Below, piece by piece: positions 26,787 to 36,133 of a stretch of 64,000 nt of DNA. The notes under the pieces are model-generated. The model was given only the letters and a program-made list of their open reading frames with translations. It was not told the DNA's origin and made no database searches. Origin of the DNA: Minisyncoccota bacterium. Lineage in GTDB: Bacteria; Patescibacteriota; Minisyncoccia; Moranbacterales; GCA-2747515. Position 1 is the first letter of the stretch. Each line of letters starts with the position of its first letter. Where the stretch lies: the NCBI GenBank assembly GCA_937936355.1, contig CALDDM010000020.1, forward strand, positions 7,767 to 71,766, given 5' to 3'. A program made the position numbers and the translations under genes.

Positions 26787-27611
26787 CTAGACCTGACCTC
26801 TTAACGGCTCAATATTTGGATTGTCGTAGAGTGCATCGTATTCATCTACTTCATTCTCTGTACCATTTTTACTTTGTATCATCTGCTTTTTCATCTCTGC
26901 AAGTCGTGCAAGACCATCTGTATTTTCTGGCATAGCTATTACTTCCTTCTCTTCACTGGACCGCATACCATACTCTCGATTGAGAAAGTCTCGCATAAGA
27001 GCATCACCACTTAGTGTGATTTTTTCTTGTGATTTGATGAACTTGATGGCCTCTACCATTTTCTTTTCAACTTGCTGTATGGTAGCGTTAAAATCGGCGG
27101 ACCATTTCTGTATCTGGGACATGGGGGCAGCCTGGATAAAGGTGAGTGCCTCCTCTTTTTTACTGGTTGAACCCACATTCTGTTTGTCAGTCTTATCAGT
27201 CTTATCATTGTTGTTTGTGTATGGTCTTGCGTTCTCTTTTACGTCTCTATTACTACTGTTTGTTGTATTGTCTGATGCTTCACCTGCTTGCTCTTCATCG
27301 TAAGAAAGTAAGTGGATAAGCCGTATGGGCTTTGTATTTTTATGCTTTATGTAGCCATTTTTTTCAAGAAAGATTAAGTAGCGGTCTACTTTGCCTCGTG
27401 ACCATTTCCATCTCTTAGCGAGAGTTTCTTTTGCCCATCCTACATGACCACGGGGGACCAACATTCGCATACCTTTCACATTGATGAAGTTGTCAGAAAA
27501 GTTTGCAATCAGATGTAAGTCTTGTAGCGCTTGCATATCTGTAAATTTCTGAGAATGATAGAGGGGGTCTTCTTGTATGTGACGGTGTGTTTTGATAAAT
27601 CCCTGTGACAT
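26787..27611 (-). CDS. putative replication-initiator / winged-helix DNA-binding protein
   Basis: The N-terminus GWAKETLAKRWKWSRGKVDRYLIFLEKNGYI resembles phage/plasmid replication organizer wHTH. Inference only. Confidence 0.4.
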   Translation of the reverse strand: MSQGFIKTHRHIQEDPLYHSQKFTDMQALQDLHLIANFSDNFINVKGMRMLVPRGHVGWAKETLAKRWKWSRGKVDRYLIFLEKNGYIKHKNTKPIRLIHLLSYDEEQAGEASDNTTNSSNRDVKENARPYTNNNDKTDKTDKQNVGSTSKKEEALTFIQAAPMSQIQKWSADFNATIQQVEKKMVEAIKFIKSQEKITLSGDALMRDFLNREYGMRSSEEKEVIAMPENTDGLARLAEMKKQMIQSKNGTENEVDEYDALYDNPNIEPLRGQV

Positions 27612-27876
27612 AGTATTGTGCTATATTTTTGTATTGGTTACTTCTAACGTTAGTGTTAGTCATAAGGAAATGTATTGCGGTTTATTGCAGTAGTCTCTGT
27701 CAATAATTCATCCTGTTGTTATGACCCACCCCTGTCTACTCATTGTCATATTTTATTTTTGCAACACCCTCACTGAGGTGATTGTTTGCTGTATTGCATA
27801 AAAATAGACCAACCTTTCGGTTAGTCTTAGTGTGGCAGATATGTGTGTGAGTCACATGCAGAAAAAAGTGACTCAA

Positions 27877-28458
27877 CTAGAAGTTTCGTCGCACAGATTT
27901 TCTTGTAAACTCAAAAAATACTTCTTTTGAATTTAGCTCGTCTTGTATTTTTTTGTTTAGTCTTTGTGTAGCATCGTATATGCTTCTCATGCCTTTCTCT
28001 GTATTCTCTGGCTCCATGCCGTGCGCTTCTTCATAGATTTCATCCCACGACAAAAGAGCGCATACTTTCCTTTTGGCTGTCATTTTACATATGGCATTCA
28101 TGAGGGAGTTGTGTGGAATATATATTCTGATTGCATTTTCTTTGGTAAATTGCACTATTGATGTTTCCGCGTCAAAGAACAGCTCAAAGCATTTGGCATC
28201 TTGGGCTGAGCTATTCAGTTGTGATTGTTTTTGAGTGGAGGGAAGTATTTTTTTAATGCCGTTAGCCACCGCTTTCTCAATACTCTTCGTCATTCCTGGA
28301 GTGATTTCTCCCTCATCTGACTTATATGTCTCTGAGGGGGTTTTATGAGGCTTCTTTAGATTTGTGATACGATTGAACACAAGCTTTGACTGCCACGATT
28401 TCCTGATAAAGTCTTCGTCGGAAGATTGCTTGTTATTATATTTTCCAGGAGATTTCAT
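27877..28458 (-). CDS. hypothetical protein (element 2)
   Basis: 193 aa. Hairpin GAGTCAC..GTGACTC downstream at 27851-27876. Confidence 0.5.
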   Translation of the reverse strand: MKSPGKYNNKQSSDEDFIRKSWQSKLVFNRITNLKKPHKTPSETYKSDEGEITPGMTKSIEKAVANGIKKILPSTQKQSQLNSSAQDAKCFELFFDAETSIVQFTKENAIRIYIPHNSLMNAICKMTAKRKVCALLSWDEIYEEAHGMEPENTEKGMRSIYDATQRLNKKIQDELNSKEVFFEFTRKSVRRNF

Positions 28459-28754
28459 AACATTTTGAAGCTAATACAATATATCATTTGCGCATCGCAT
28501 AAATGGCACGACACACTAGGGCGAAACAGTTCAATTGGTAGGTTTTGTCGGTGATTCTCAGTATTTGACAAGAAATTATATCACAATACACAGTATTTTT
28601 CCATGCTCGCGACCTGTGATAACCATACATTATATGCTTTGTAGTGGGAATTTTGCATGAATACTGCTTTCTGTAGAATTGATAGTAAGGTATATTATGT
28701 GTATAAAGTCTCTTGCCTACTATATCGTGTAAGAAATATGGACACTCCTAACCT

Positions 28755-30074
28755 TTGAGCAGTATGAATACAAAAATAAATGTTTTTGATTTGAGTGGCA
28801 GTTTCGCCAGTCTTCGAGATAATCCTTATATAAATTATGCAACGAGCGAAGGTAATGATGCTCTTGATGGCATAGCAGAGGCAGATATTTTTGTAGGTGA
28901 CTTGAGTGATATCGACCAAGAAGTTTTGGCATCTATTGAAAAAAATAAGGAAACTATAAGGAGAATGTTGCTTAAAAGTTCGTCTATGTTTTTTATATCT
29001 GAGCTTGATGGTCCATTAAAAGGTGCTATGTTCGATGGTGTCATACCTCATATTGGTAGGTATCTCGTGGGAGTAAAGCCTTTGAGCGGGAGCTATGAGG
29101 GTGCAAAAAAGGAGGATGACTCCACAATTTCGATGTTACGAGCGAAAGGTCTTGTAAAAAAATATTCTGGAATAATTAAGTTGCATAGTGTTGGTCAATC
29201 ATTATTTCATGATGGTAGCATGTATCCAAAAGGAACCGTTCCTGGGTATGTACGCCGCGTTGCTGATTGCTATCCACTGCTTGTCATAAAGTCTGGCGAA
29301 AGCACGGCACTTAAGATTGAGTATACTCATGGCAAAGTACACATACTGACATGTATAGAAGAGCAGGTAGAAATAGTTGAGGCGTATGTAAGTAGTTTTA
29401 CTGGCGGACTTGAGAAAGAGCCAGATTTTCTTGTTGATATAAAGATTTTTGGACAAGTTGCCATAGAAGAAAGTTTGACAAGTATCGTTAAGGAGATTGA
29501 AGAGCGGAAAATTGCGCTTGCAAATAAAAGAAGGGAGTATGAAGAGCTTGGGACTTGGAAGGAGCTACTATGGCAGTCGGGAGACAGGCTTGAGGAAATT
29601 GTGAAAAAATTCTTTGCAGAATATTTTCAGTTGAATATGAACGTGTATATTTATGGAGAGCATGATGATGAGGCGGATTTGAAAGGTGAAAAAGATGGTA
29701 TGACAATTATTGCAGAGGTCAAAGGTGTGAAGGGTGCTATCAATACAAAGGACCATGTCTCACAGGCTGTAAGAAGAGTGTTGGACCTCACAGAGCAATT
29801 TGATGATAAATTAAAGGTGGTGTTGGTAGGGAATGGCTTTAAGGATAAGCCCTTGTGCGAAAGACTTGCTACTGGAGATGGAGGGATGATTGATGATAGA
29901 GCAATAGAGTTTGCACGGAACAATGGAGTTTGTGTGGTTTTGTCAAAAGATATATTTGAGATAGTCCAAAAATCGGAGAGTGGTGAGTTGACGCAAGAGG
30001 ATAGGGATAATTTTCTAAAACAAATTTTAGCAACTGATGGTCTCTGGCAACTAACAGATACAGAAAGTGATTAG
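28755..30074 (+). CDS. protein with coiled coil and C-terminal PD-(D/E)xK (Mrr-like) nuclease motif
   Basis: GDRLEEIVKKFFAEYF...EADLKGEKDGMTIIAEVKGVKG. Track start is TTG 28755; ATG 28764 is likelier. Confidence 0.45.
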   Translation: MSSMNTKINVFDLSGSFASLRDNPYINYATSEGNDALDGIAEADIFVGDLSDIDQEVLASIEKNKETIRRMLLKSSSMFFISELDGPLKGAMFDGVIPHIGRYLVGVKPLSGSYEGAKKEDDSTISMLRAKGLVKKYSGIIKLHSVGQSLFHDGSMYPKGTVPGYVRRVADCYPLLVIKSGESTALKIEYTHGKVHILTCIEEQVEIVEAYVSSFTGGLEKEPDFLVDIKIFGQVAIEESLTSIVKEIEERKIALANKRREYEELGTWKELLWQSGDRLEEIVKKFFAEYFQLNMNVYIYGEHDDEADLKGEKDGMTIIAEVKGVKGAINTKDHVSQAVRRVLDLTEQFDDKLKVVLVGNGFKDKPLCERLATGDGGMIDDRAIEFARNNGVCVVLSKDIFEIVQKSESGELTQEDRDNFLKQILATDGLWQLTDTESD

Positions 30075-30234
30075 TTGGAGGATAAAATATATCAGTCCAA
30101 GCAGTACTCACCATTCCAATTTGTATCCTTCTTTACATGACAAGTGTGAGAAATCAATCATCTCTGTGGGTGGTAGGGTAGGGTTTGTGATAGGTGTGGA
30201 TAAGTAAAGATGTGAGGTGATGAGTAATTTTTAA

Positions 30235-30825
30235 TTGAGAAAAATGAAAAACCGAAATGATTACTCTGAATACTTGAATAGTGAGTGGTACTTTATTTGC
30301 ATGGAGTTCAAGGAGGTTATGGAAATGATTGGTAAGGAGGAGGGTTATATTGTTCCAGTACCATATCATTGGGGTTGTAAGAAGATTATGAGATTGTGTG
30401 AGAGTCTATATAGTTTTGGAGAAAAAGCCTCAAAGGATGAAGACGTGAATAAAAGCGCTAAGGAACGTGCTCCAAGATTTTTTGAGAAGGAAGACGCGCA
30501 ATTGTGTATGCAAATGTGTCGTGACCTTGCTAATCTTGGTAAGCATAGAGTCCTCAATGAGGGAGCAAATGATTCAGGTATACATTGGCTTGAGACAGGC
30601 TCGATATTTACAGTTTCGATGAGCAAATTAGACTATGCTTTTGAGAATAATGTAACGCATCACGCATTAGATTCTGATGAAGAGTATTGTGGAGATTATA
30701 TTGTAGTATTTAAGGGTAATGAGTATAACATGCGAGATGTCTTGCAAGATTGCTATGTCATTTGGAGTAATTATTTGGAGGATAATCAGTTATTGATTCC
30801 AAACTTTTCCTCACATGCGACTTAG
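30235..30825 (+). CDS. hypothetical protein (element 2 cargo)
   Basis: 196 aa. Its stop lies 2 nt before the M2 arm. ATG 30244 is a possible start. Confidence 0.5.
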   Translation: MRKMKNRNDYSEYLNSEWYFICMEFKEVMEMIGKEEGYIVPVPYHWGCKKIMRLCESLYSFGEKASKDEDVNKSAKERAPRFFEKEDAQLCMQMCRDLANLGKHRVLNEGANDSGIHWLETGSIFTVSMSKLDYAFENNVTHHALDSDEEYCGDYIVVFKGNEYNMRDVLQDCYVIWSNYLEDNQLLIPNFSSHAT

Positions 30826-30827
30826 GA

Positions 30828-30860
30828 TTTTTTCGTGACTGGGAATGGGATGCTGGAACC
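30828..30860 (-). repeat. M2-type arm (copy d), right end of element 2
   Basis: TTTTTTCGTGACTGGGAATGGGATGCTGGAACC. The first 21 nt are identical to copy c. Confidence 0.7.
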
Positions 30861-30898
30861 GATGATATACTTATTATCTAATCAGTCAATTTGCATTT

Positions 30899-31888
30899 AT
30901 GAAGGAAAGAGATATTTTGCATCTGATTGCATCTGACGATGAGATGATGGCTGCCTTGAGAGCTGTTGAAACTTTAAGTTTACCTGACTGGATGATTGGA
31001 GCGGGCTTTGTTCGCAATAAGGTGTGGGACTACTTACATGATTTTGATAAGAAAACAGTATCGAGTGAAATCGATATTGATGTTGTCTATCTAGATGGTG
31101 AAAATCAAGATGAGGCTCTTGAAGCTGGCTATGAGAAAAGACTGGACGCACTGTGTCCTGGAAACTGGTCTGTAACAAATCAAGTAAGAATGGCGAAGAT
31201 ACATGGTCACGAACCGTATAAGTCATCAGAAGAGGCTATATCATATTGGCCTGAAACGGCGACGTGTTTAGGTGTGAAAATTGAAGATGGTGAGCTGAAT
31301 GAAGATCTATTCCAACTAGTCTTTCGACAAGTACTAGAGATTATAATGAGGCATTATTGTGAAGAAGATATTATAAGTGATGTCGAGGAAGTTTGGAAGA
31401 AATGTCTGGAAGAGATAAAGAATGGAGTAGAAGGTCTTCCGCATGATAAAGATAAGTTTGTTTTTCTGAAAGAATATGTTGAAAAAAGGTGCTCAGAAAA
31501 AGAGTGTCGCTGCTATAAGCGCGGAAAAATGTTTCACAGTGCAAGGTGTTATGTGTATGGCGAGCTAAGGCGTTTTTATTCGCCGTACTTAGCAAGAAAA
31601 TCATGTAGTGATAGTTTTGACTGCATGTTTGAAGTTGTTAAGGCGGTTCTTGACGAAAATATAAAGAATATTACTTACAGCAAACAAGTAAAATTTCTCC
31701 AAAAAAGGATTAGGGATGTTGATATTGTCACATATTATGAATCACTGAGTGGAACGGTCCATGTTGGAGGGGGAAACTATAATAAAAGTGCAGATGAGGA
31801 TGTTGAGCAGTCTGAGGTAACTCTTGTTGATAAGTCAGTCTTCTTTAAGAAAATACAGATAATTAGAAAAATTATTAACATTTACTAG
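30899..31888 (+). CDS. nucleotidyltransferase-family protein (NTP_transf_6/DUF925-like N-domain) with a C-terminal extension
   Basis: ALRAVETLSLPDWMIGAGFVRNKVWDYLH..IDIDVVYLD pattern. Confidence 0.55.
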   Translation: MKERDILHLIASDDEMMAALRAVETLSLPDWMIGAGFVRNKVWDYLHDFDKKTVSSEIDIDVVYLDGENQDEALEAGYEKRLDALCPGNWSVTNQVRMAKIHGHEPYKSSEEAISYWPETATCLGVKIEDGELNEDLFQLVFRQVLEIIMRHYCEEDIISDVEEVWKKCLEEIKNGVEGLPHDKDKFVFLKEYVEKRCSEKECRCYKRGKMFHSARCYVYGELRRFYSPYLARKSCSDSFDCMFEVVKAVLDENIKNITYSKQVKFLQKRIRDVDIVTYYESLSGTVHVGGGNYNKSADEDVEQSEVTLVDKSVFFKKIQIIRKIINIY

Positions 31889-32077
31889 CGCTAAGCAATT
31901 CGCAGTAAATTTGAGACAAGGCTATCTTAGGGTGGTAGAGCAGATCTGAATATCAGAAAAAGGTAGTGGCTAATTCCTAAATATACTTCGTTAGAGGCTT
32001 AGATTTTACGATAAATACTTTACACAATAATATAAATGTGATAACGTATATCCACCTCATTTTAAGGAGTAGCACAA

Positions 32078-32758
32078 ATGGCTACAGCAAGTATTGTTCC
32101 AGTGTTTCATGCAAGCAATGGTGACCTGATTAGTCCAAATATGTATTCTCATACGGATTGGGCAGTACTAAGACATGTGACAGAAAACTCAGTTGTAATA
32201 TTGGAGGGTCACGCATCAGAAAAGAGAGTTCCACCGAGCCACAAGAAATACCCCTTGATTAGTCGCCAGTTAGGACCTTCCTTTAAGAGAGTGCAAAGTT
32301 TACCCGAGCTGTATATGGGTGATGCTACTGGGGTTATCTACAAAAATCTCAAAGCGCTCATAAAAGACAATGAGCTAAGAGCTAAGGCGCAAGAAAAAGC
32401 TGCTGATCTTGTGAGGCACAATCGCATCCCTGCATCATGGGAAGAGTTTGTTCAAATGACCAAGGATGATGAATTTGACTTCGAGATCACTGGAAAGCTT
32501 GCCTCTAAGTGGCGACCCATTTTCCATAGGTGGCGAAGGGTCACTCACCAGAGAGATGAATCAATGGCGAAAGCAATCAGCTTGAATCTAGATAAAGGCA
32601 AGGATGTTTTCCTCATTGTGGGAGCTATGCACGTATTTGAAATACACAAAAAAGGGGGTTGGCCAATTGCATTCTATGAAATTAGTGATAATGAGCACAT
32701 TGGAAAAGTCTTCAAGGAGTGGTTTTTAGTCTACAAGGCAATAGACCACATTACGTAA
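32078..32758 (+). CDS. hypothetical protein
   Basis: 226 aa. AGGAG precedes the ATG. Confidence 0.55.
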   Translation: MATASIVPVFHASNGDLISPNMYSHTDWAVLRHVTENSVVILEGHASEKRVPPSHKKYPLISRQLGPSFKRVQSLPELYMGDATGVIYKNLKALIKDNELRAKAQEKAADLVRHNRIPASWEEFVQMTKDDEFDFEITGKLASKWRPIFHRWRRVTHQRDESMAKAISLNLDKGKDVFLIVGAMHVFEIHKKGGWPIAFYEISDNEHIGKVFKEWFLVYKAIDHIT

Positions 32759-33034
32759 GCAATATTTACTCACAGGGCGAAAATTCGCTTTGTGAGTTTT
32801 CGTTTTCTTTTAAAAGAAATTACTTCCACACACACCCTTACAACTTCTCCATATCTATATATAAAACAGGGCAAGAAAAAATCATCTGGTGGGGCGTAGG
32901 GTGGGCGGGCGGTAGTACTGCTTTATGATTGGAGATGACAGTATAAAGTTTGATCAACTGTCCTTATTGTCACCAAGGTTCTTTAACAAATCTTCCTGAT
33001 ACTCTAACCTCTTCGCAATACTGGACCAATCAAT

Positions 33035-33121
33035 AGTTCTGAACTTGTTCTTCTCACGGAGCCAGTAAAAAAGTCCCATCAAATGGGGCTTTTTTGTGAC
33101 TGGTAATAGGACGTTGGAACC
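33035..33121. repeat. composite M1-hairpin-M2 unit (copy e)
   Basis: AGTTCTGAACTTGTTCTTCTCACGGAGCC, then AGTAAAAAAGTCCCATCAAATGGGGCTTTTTT, then GTGACTGGTAATAGGACGTTGGAACC. The hairpin is nearly identical to copy f. Confidence 0.65.
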
Positions 33122-33186
33122 TCCTTGTACAATGCAATTTTATATGTTAATTTTACGCTGCTTGAATAAACTCATACATTGATCTT

Positions 33187-33720
33187 ATGCTGTTTAAAGA
33201 ATCGCTAGCTACAAAGATAATCATAATTTTTGCTATTGTTGGGAGCTTTCTATTTGGTATGTTTTCGGAAAAGCTAAATGTAAGTACGCATTTGGCATGT
33301 AATGGTGTGAGTGGGGAAAGTCCTAATGCTGGCTCTTACCTCTACCACTCCGATGGCAAAGAAGTGTGTTATAAGTATGATCATGATGATCCTGGTGCAT
33401 TTTTCTGGTCTCTCATTACACTTGGATTAGGGAATGAGAAAATTATTCTAGAAGATGTTGATCCTAAAACATTTTTTGCGCCAACTAATAGTGGAATTGT
33501 CTATGATAAAGATTATATTTGGACTGATAGAGGAAGGAATAGAATGAAGATATCTGAGATTTGGGGATTTGTCCATACGATGGATGCAAAATGTATTGAC
33601 GGAAAAGAATTTGATACGAGTAACAGGAAAAATGAATTAGGCTTCGATTTTTTTTGTGAGCCTTATCGGGAAAATTTTGGCGAGAGCTATTCTGGTGACA
33701 AAAGCTACTTGCTCTGGTAG
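33187..33720 (+). CDS. membrane-anchored hypothetical protein
   Basis: 177 aa with an N-terminal TM helix. Confidence 0.5.
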   Translation: MLFKESLATKIIIIFAIVGSFLFGMFSEKLNVSTHLACNGVSGESPNAGSYLYHSDGKEVCYKYDHDDPGAFFWSLITLGLGNEKIILEDVDPKTFFAPTNSGIVYDKDYIWTDRGRNRMKISEIWGFVHTMDAKCIDGKEFDTSNRKNELGFDFFCEPYRENFGESYSGDKSYLLW

Positions 33721-33777
33721 ATCGGTAGATTTCTGCTTAGCTCTGCTCTGTGGTCTGTTAGTATTGACGATCTGAAC

Positions 33778-34278
33778 ATGACTATTATTCATACGTTAAA
33801 ACATATGGAAAGAACAATAAGGTCCATTCTTGGAGGATTATTTCTTGGGGCTGTTGCACTTACTCTTCTGCCGATTTTCATATTTGGAGGCATCTACTTC
33901 ATGGAGCAAAGGGACATCAAGCAGATGGGTAAAGTAGAGCCTGGTGACCCATGCTATATGAGGAAGAAATTTATCGGAAAGGGTGGGCATGATATGGATT
34001 ATGAGGTTAGAGGGGATCGTGTGTGTATACTGTTTCACCAAAGTGGATCATTTGCGTATTTTAAAACACTAGAAGATGCAGACTCTGCTACATTTACTAA
34101 AATTGATGGTGGCTATTTTATAGATAGGAATAGAGTGTATTACGATCAAGGGAATATCGTAGTTGGCGCAAATCCTCTTATGTTTAAATCTGTTGGGAAT
34201 GGTTATTACACAGATGATGTTCATTATTTTTATGATGGACGAAAGGTTGATGTAGATTTTGATGAGAACCACGATTGA
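33778..34278 (+). CDS. membrane-anchored DKNYY-like repeat protein
   Basis: FIDRNRVYYDQG..GYYTDDVHYFYDGRKV motifs. Confidence 0.55.
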   Translation: MTIIHTLKHMERTIRSILGGLFLGAVALTLLPIFIFGGIYFMEQRDIKQMGKVEPGDPCYMRKKFIGKGGHDMDYEVRGDRVCILFHQSGSFAYFKTLEDADSATFTKIDGGYFIDRNRVYYDQGNIVVGANPLMFKSVGNGYYTDDVHYFYDGRKVDVDFDENHD

Positions 34279-34316
34279 GGTGATCTCCTTATTGATGATC
34301 AGTTATCTGGATAGGT

Positions 34317-34403
34317 GGTTCCAATCTAGTCCCATTGCGGGAGCTAGTAAAAAAGTCCCATCAAATGGGGCTTTTTTTGTGGGCGTGAATAGGACGCTTG
34401 AAC
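34317..34403. repeat. composite M1-hairpin-M2 unit (copy f)
   Basis: GGTTCCAATCTAGTCCCATTGCGGGAGCTAGTAAAAAAGTCCCATCAAATGGGGCTTTTTTTGTGGGCGTGAATAGGACGCTTGAAC. Confidence 0.75.
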
Positions 34404-34429
34404 TATTGTCATTTTATGGATAAATTTTC

Positions 34430-34460
34430 TTGACATGGGTGTCAGGCCCATGTGTATAAT
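34430..34460 (+). promoter_or_regulatory. MerR-type promoter P1 (19-bp spacer with operator dyad)
   Basis: TTGACA, 19 bp, TATAAT. Perfect dyad ACATGGG (34433-39) / CCCATGT (34447-53) inside the spacer. Confidence 0.7.
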
Positions 34461-34504
34461 TCTAGGTATGGTACCTCGTATCACTAAATAATAATAAAAC
34501 AAGA

Positions 34505-34702
34505 ATGAAGAATACATTTCTTGCTGCTGTGCTGGTCGTTGGAGCTGTCACCCTCACAGGTTGTGGGTCTGGTGAAAAAGCAATGACTGAGGCAGAGCAT
34601 GCAGCATCACTTGGTCTCACAGAGGAGGAGTATCAAGAGAATAAAGAGGCAGCAGCTCGTATGAATATGGATGTCGACGAGCATGTGAAAATGGGACACT
34701 AG
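34505..34702 (+). CDS. small lipoprotein, Met/His/acidic-rich (possible metal-binding)
   Basis: Lipobox LTGC. Tail MNMDVDEHVKMGH. Downstream of P1. Confidence 0.6.
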   Translation: MKNTFLAAVLVVGAVTLTGCGSGEKAMTEAEHAASLGLTEEEYQENKEAAARMNMDVDEHVKMGH

Positions 34703-34765
34703 TCACTATCTCATGTGATAAAGGCGCACACTTTAAGTGCGCTTTTTGTATTGTGCATAATTTAC

Positions 34766-34796
34766 TTGACATGGGTGTTAGACCATACTTTACACT
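34766..34796 (+). promoter_or_regulatory. MerR-type promoter P2 (19-bp spacer)
   Basis: TTGACA-TGGGTGTTAGACCATACTT-TACACT. The left half-site is identical to P1. Confidence 0.6.
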
Positions 34797-34843
34797 ATGA
34801 GATATTAATGCAACATACAGCACATATTGAAAAACGCAACCAT

Positions 34844-36133
34844 ATGAACTATCCCAAGATAAAAAATGCGAGCAGGAAGAATAAGGTGATTTTGTTTTTG
34901 GCTTTCGTACTGTTAGCTGTGATCATAGTTTTTGGAATATATTTTGTAAAAGGCGATACTAGTACATCTTCCCAAATGATGGTTGGTGACAGCATGCAAG
35001 ATAAGATGGTAAAGAAAGAGATTGCAACTGTGAGTCCTGTGGAGCGCAAGAACGCAAACTCTCTCATGCTTGTGGGTACAGTGATCTCCAATGAGTCAGC
35101 GATGATCTATCCCCGACGTGAGGGTATTGTCAAAGACATCTATGTAGATATTGGGGACACTGTAGAAGCTGGAGAGGTGATCGGAACACTTTTCCCTCGT
35201 GGCGTTGAGGGTCAGGCTGATGCAGTCATTTATGAGGCGCAGAAAAAGAGAGACTTGGCGGATACTATTGTGGATGCAAGAGAAGATCTGGGTGATGCAG
35301 CGAGGGATGCAGCAGACGAAAGAGACATTTCAGATGAAGAGGAGGAGTTGGTAGACGAGGAGCAGGATTTACTGGAAGCAACTGCACTTGAAAACTTGAT
35401 CATTGCAGAGGCAAATCTCAGCAAAGAAATCATTATCCAAGGACATACAAAGTTGATCTCTCCATTCTCGGGAACGATTGCAAAGCGCTATGTTGCCGTC
35501 GGTGAAAGCATTACACCATCAAAACCAGTGTTTAGCTTGGTTGACGTGCCAACGCATTTAGCTCATAAGGCCGAGAATGAAATACATTTTAGTGTGTCAG
35601 AAGATCTCATGGATGAGCTAAGTATCGGTGATGAAGTAGCGTTTTTCCTTGGGAAAGATGAGTCAAAGGTACACACTGCTAAGGTCACACGGATCAGTCC
35701 GCAAATTGATAAGATGACACATCAATTTTCTGTGCAAGCTGCAGTGCCAGATGATCTAAACGTTCCACACAATGCAAAGGTTCGTGTGCGTTTTGTGACA
35801 TCTGACGAGCGCATTTACAGTATTCCATCATCGAGTATCAAGCGAATTGATGATGAGAATTTTGTATGGATTTTGGATAGTGATGATAGCACTACTAGGA
35901 CAACGGTCCATGTGTTTGGAGATGATGGAGAATTTGCAGAGGTGACAGGCAGTATCGACTCTACGTCAAAAATCATAAAGCGTGTGACATCGGAAATGAT
36001 GGAGAGTGCGAAGGATGTAGAGATGATGCAGATGAATGATGAAGAAGTGATTACTGATGATGCGGATATGGAGATGACTGCAGAGAAAGGCAAGGGACCG
36101 ATTACAATAGAGGGTAACATGCAAGCACCATGA
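34844..36133 (+). CDS. efflux RND periplasmic adaptor (membrane fusion protein)
   Basis: Track ORF starts at 34715, but P2 lies inside that extension. ATG 34844 gives MNYPKIKN.. plus a TM anchor. Lipoyl/beta-barrel-like VGDTVEAGEVIG. Stop overlaps the RND start. Confidence 0.7.
   Translation: MNYPKIKNASRKNKVILFLAFVLLAVIIVFGIYFVKGDTSTSSQMMVGDSMQDKMVKKEIATVSPVERKNANSLMLVGTVISNESAMIYPRREGIVKDIYVDIGDTVEAGEVIGTLFPRGVEGQADAVIYEAQKKRDLADTIVDAREDLGDAARDAADERDISDEEEELVDEEQDLLEATALENLIIAEANLSKEIIIQGHTKLISPFSGTIAKRYVAVGESITPSKPVFSLVDVPTHLAHKAENEIHFSVSEDLMDELSIGDEVAFFLGKDESKVHTAKVTRISPQIDKMTHQFSVQAAVPDDLNVPHNAKVRVRFVTSDERIYSIPSSSIKRIDDENFVWILDSDDSTTRTTVHVFGDDGEFAEVTGSIDSTSKIIKRVTSEMMESAKDVEMMQMNDEEVITDDADMEMTAEKGKGPITIEGNMQAP

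Larger units (their letters stand above)
24908..30860. mobile_element. integrated large-serine-recombinase element 2
   Basis: Left arm GGTTCCAACCTAGTCCCATTGCGGGAGCA (24908-24936) overlaps the recombinase stop. Right arm TTTTTTCGTGACTGGGAATGGGATGCTGGAACC (30828-30860). Cognate inverted 7-mers TCCCATT and AATGGGA. Confidence 0.65.

Noticed and set aside
24901-30870. Joining the flanks of element 2 gives ATCGGTTCCAACCGAT, which looks like a perfect palindromic attB.
   Set aside because: Thirteen of the 16 nt come from the left junction alone. Only GAT comes from the right flank, so the palindrome is not independent evidence for the empty site.
34715-34843. The upstream extension of the MFP gene as given in the ORF track.
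   Set aside because: A complete MerR-type promoter (34766-34796) lies inside it. ATG 34844 yields a normal basic N-terminus plus a TM anchor.
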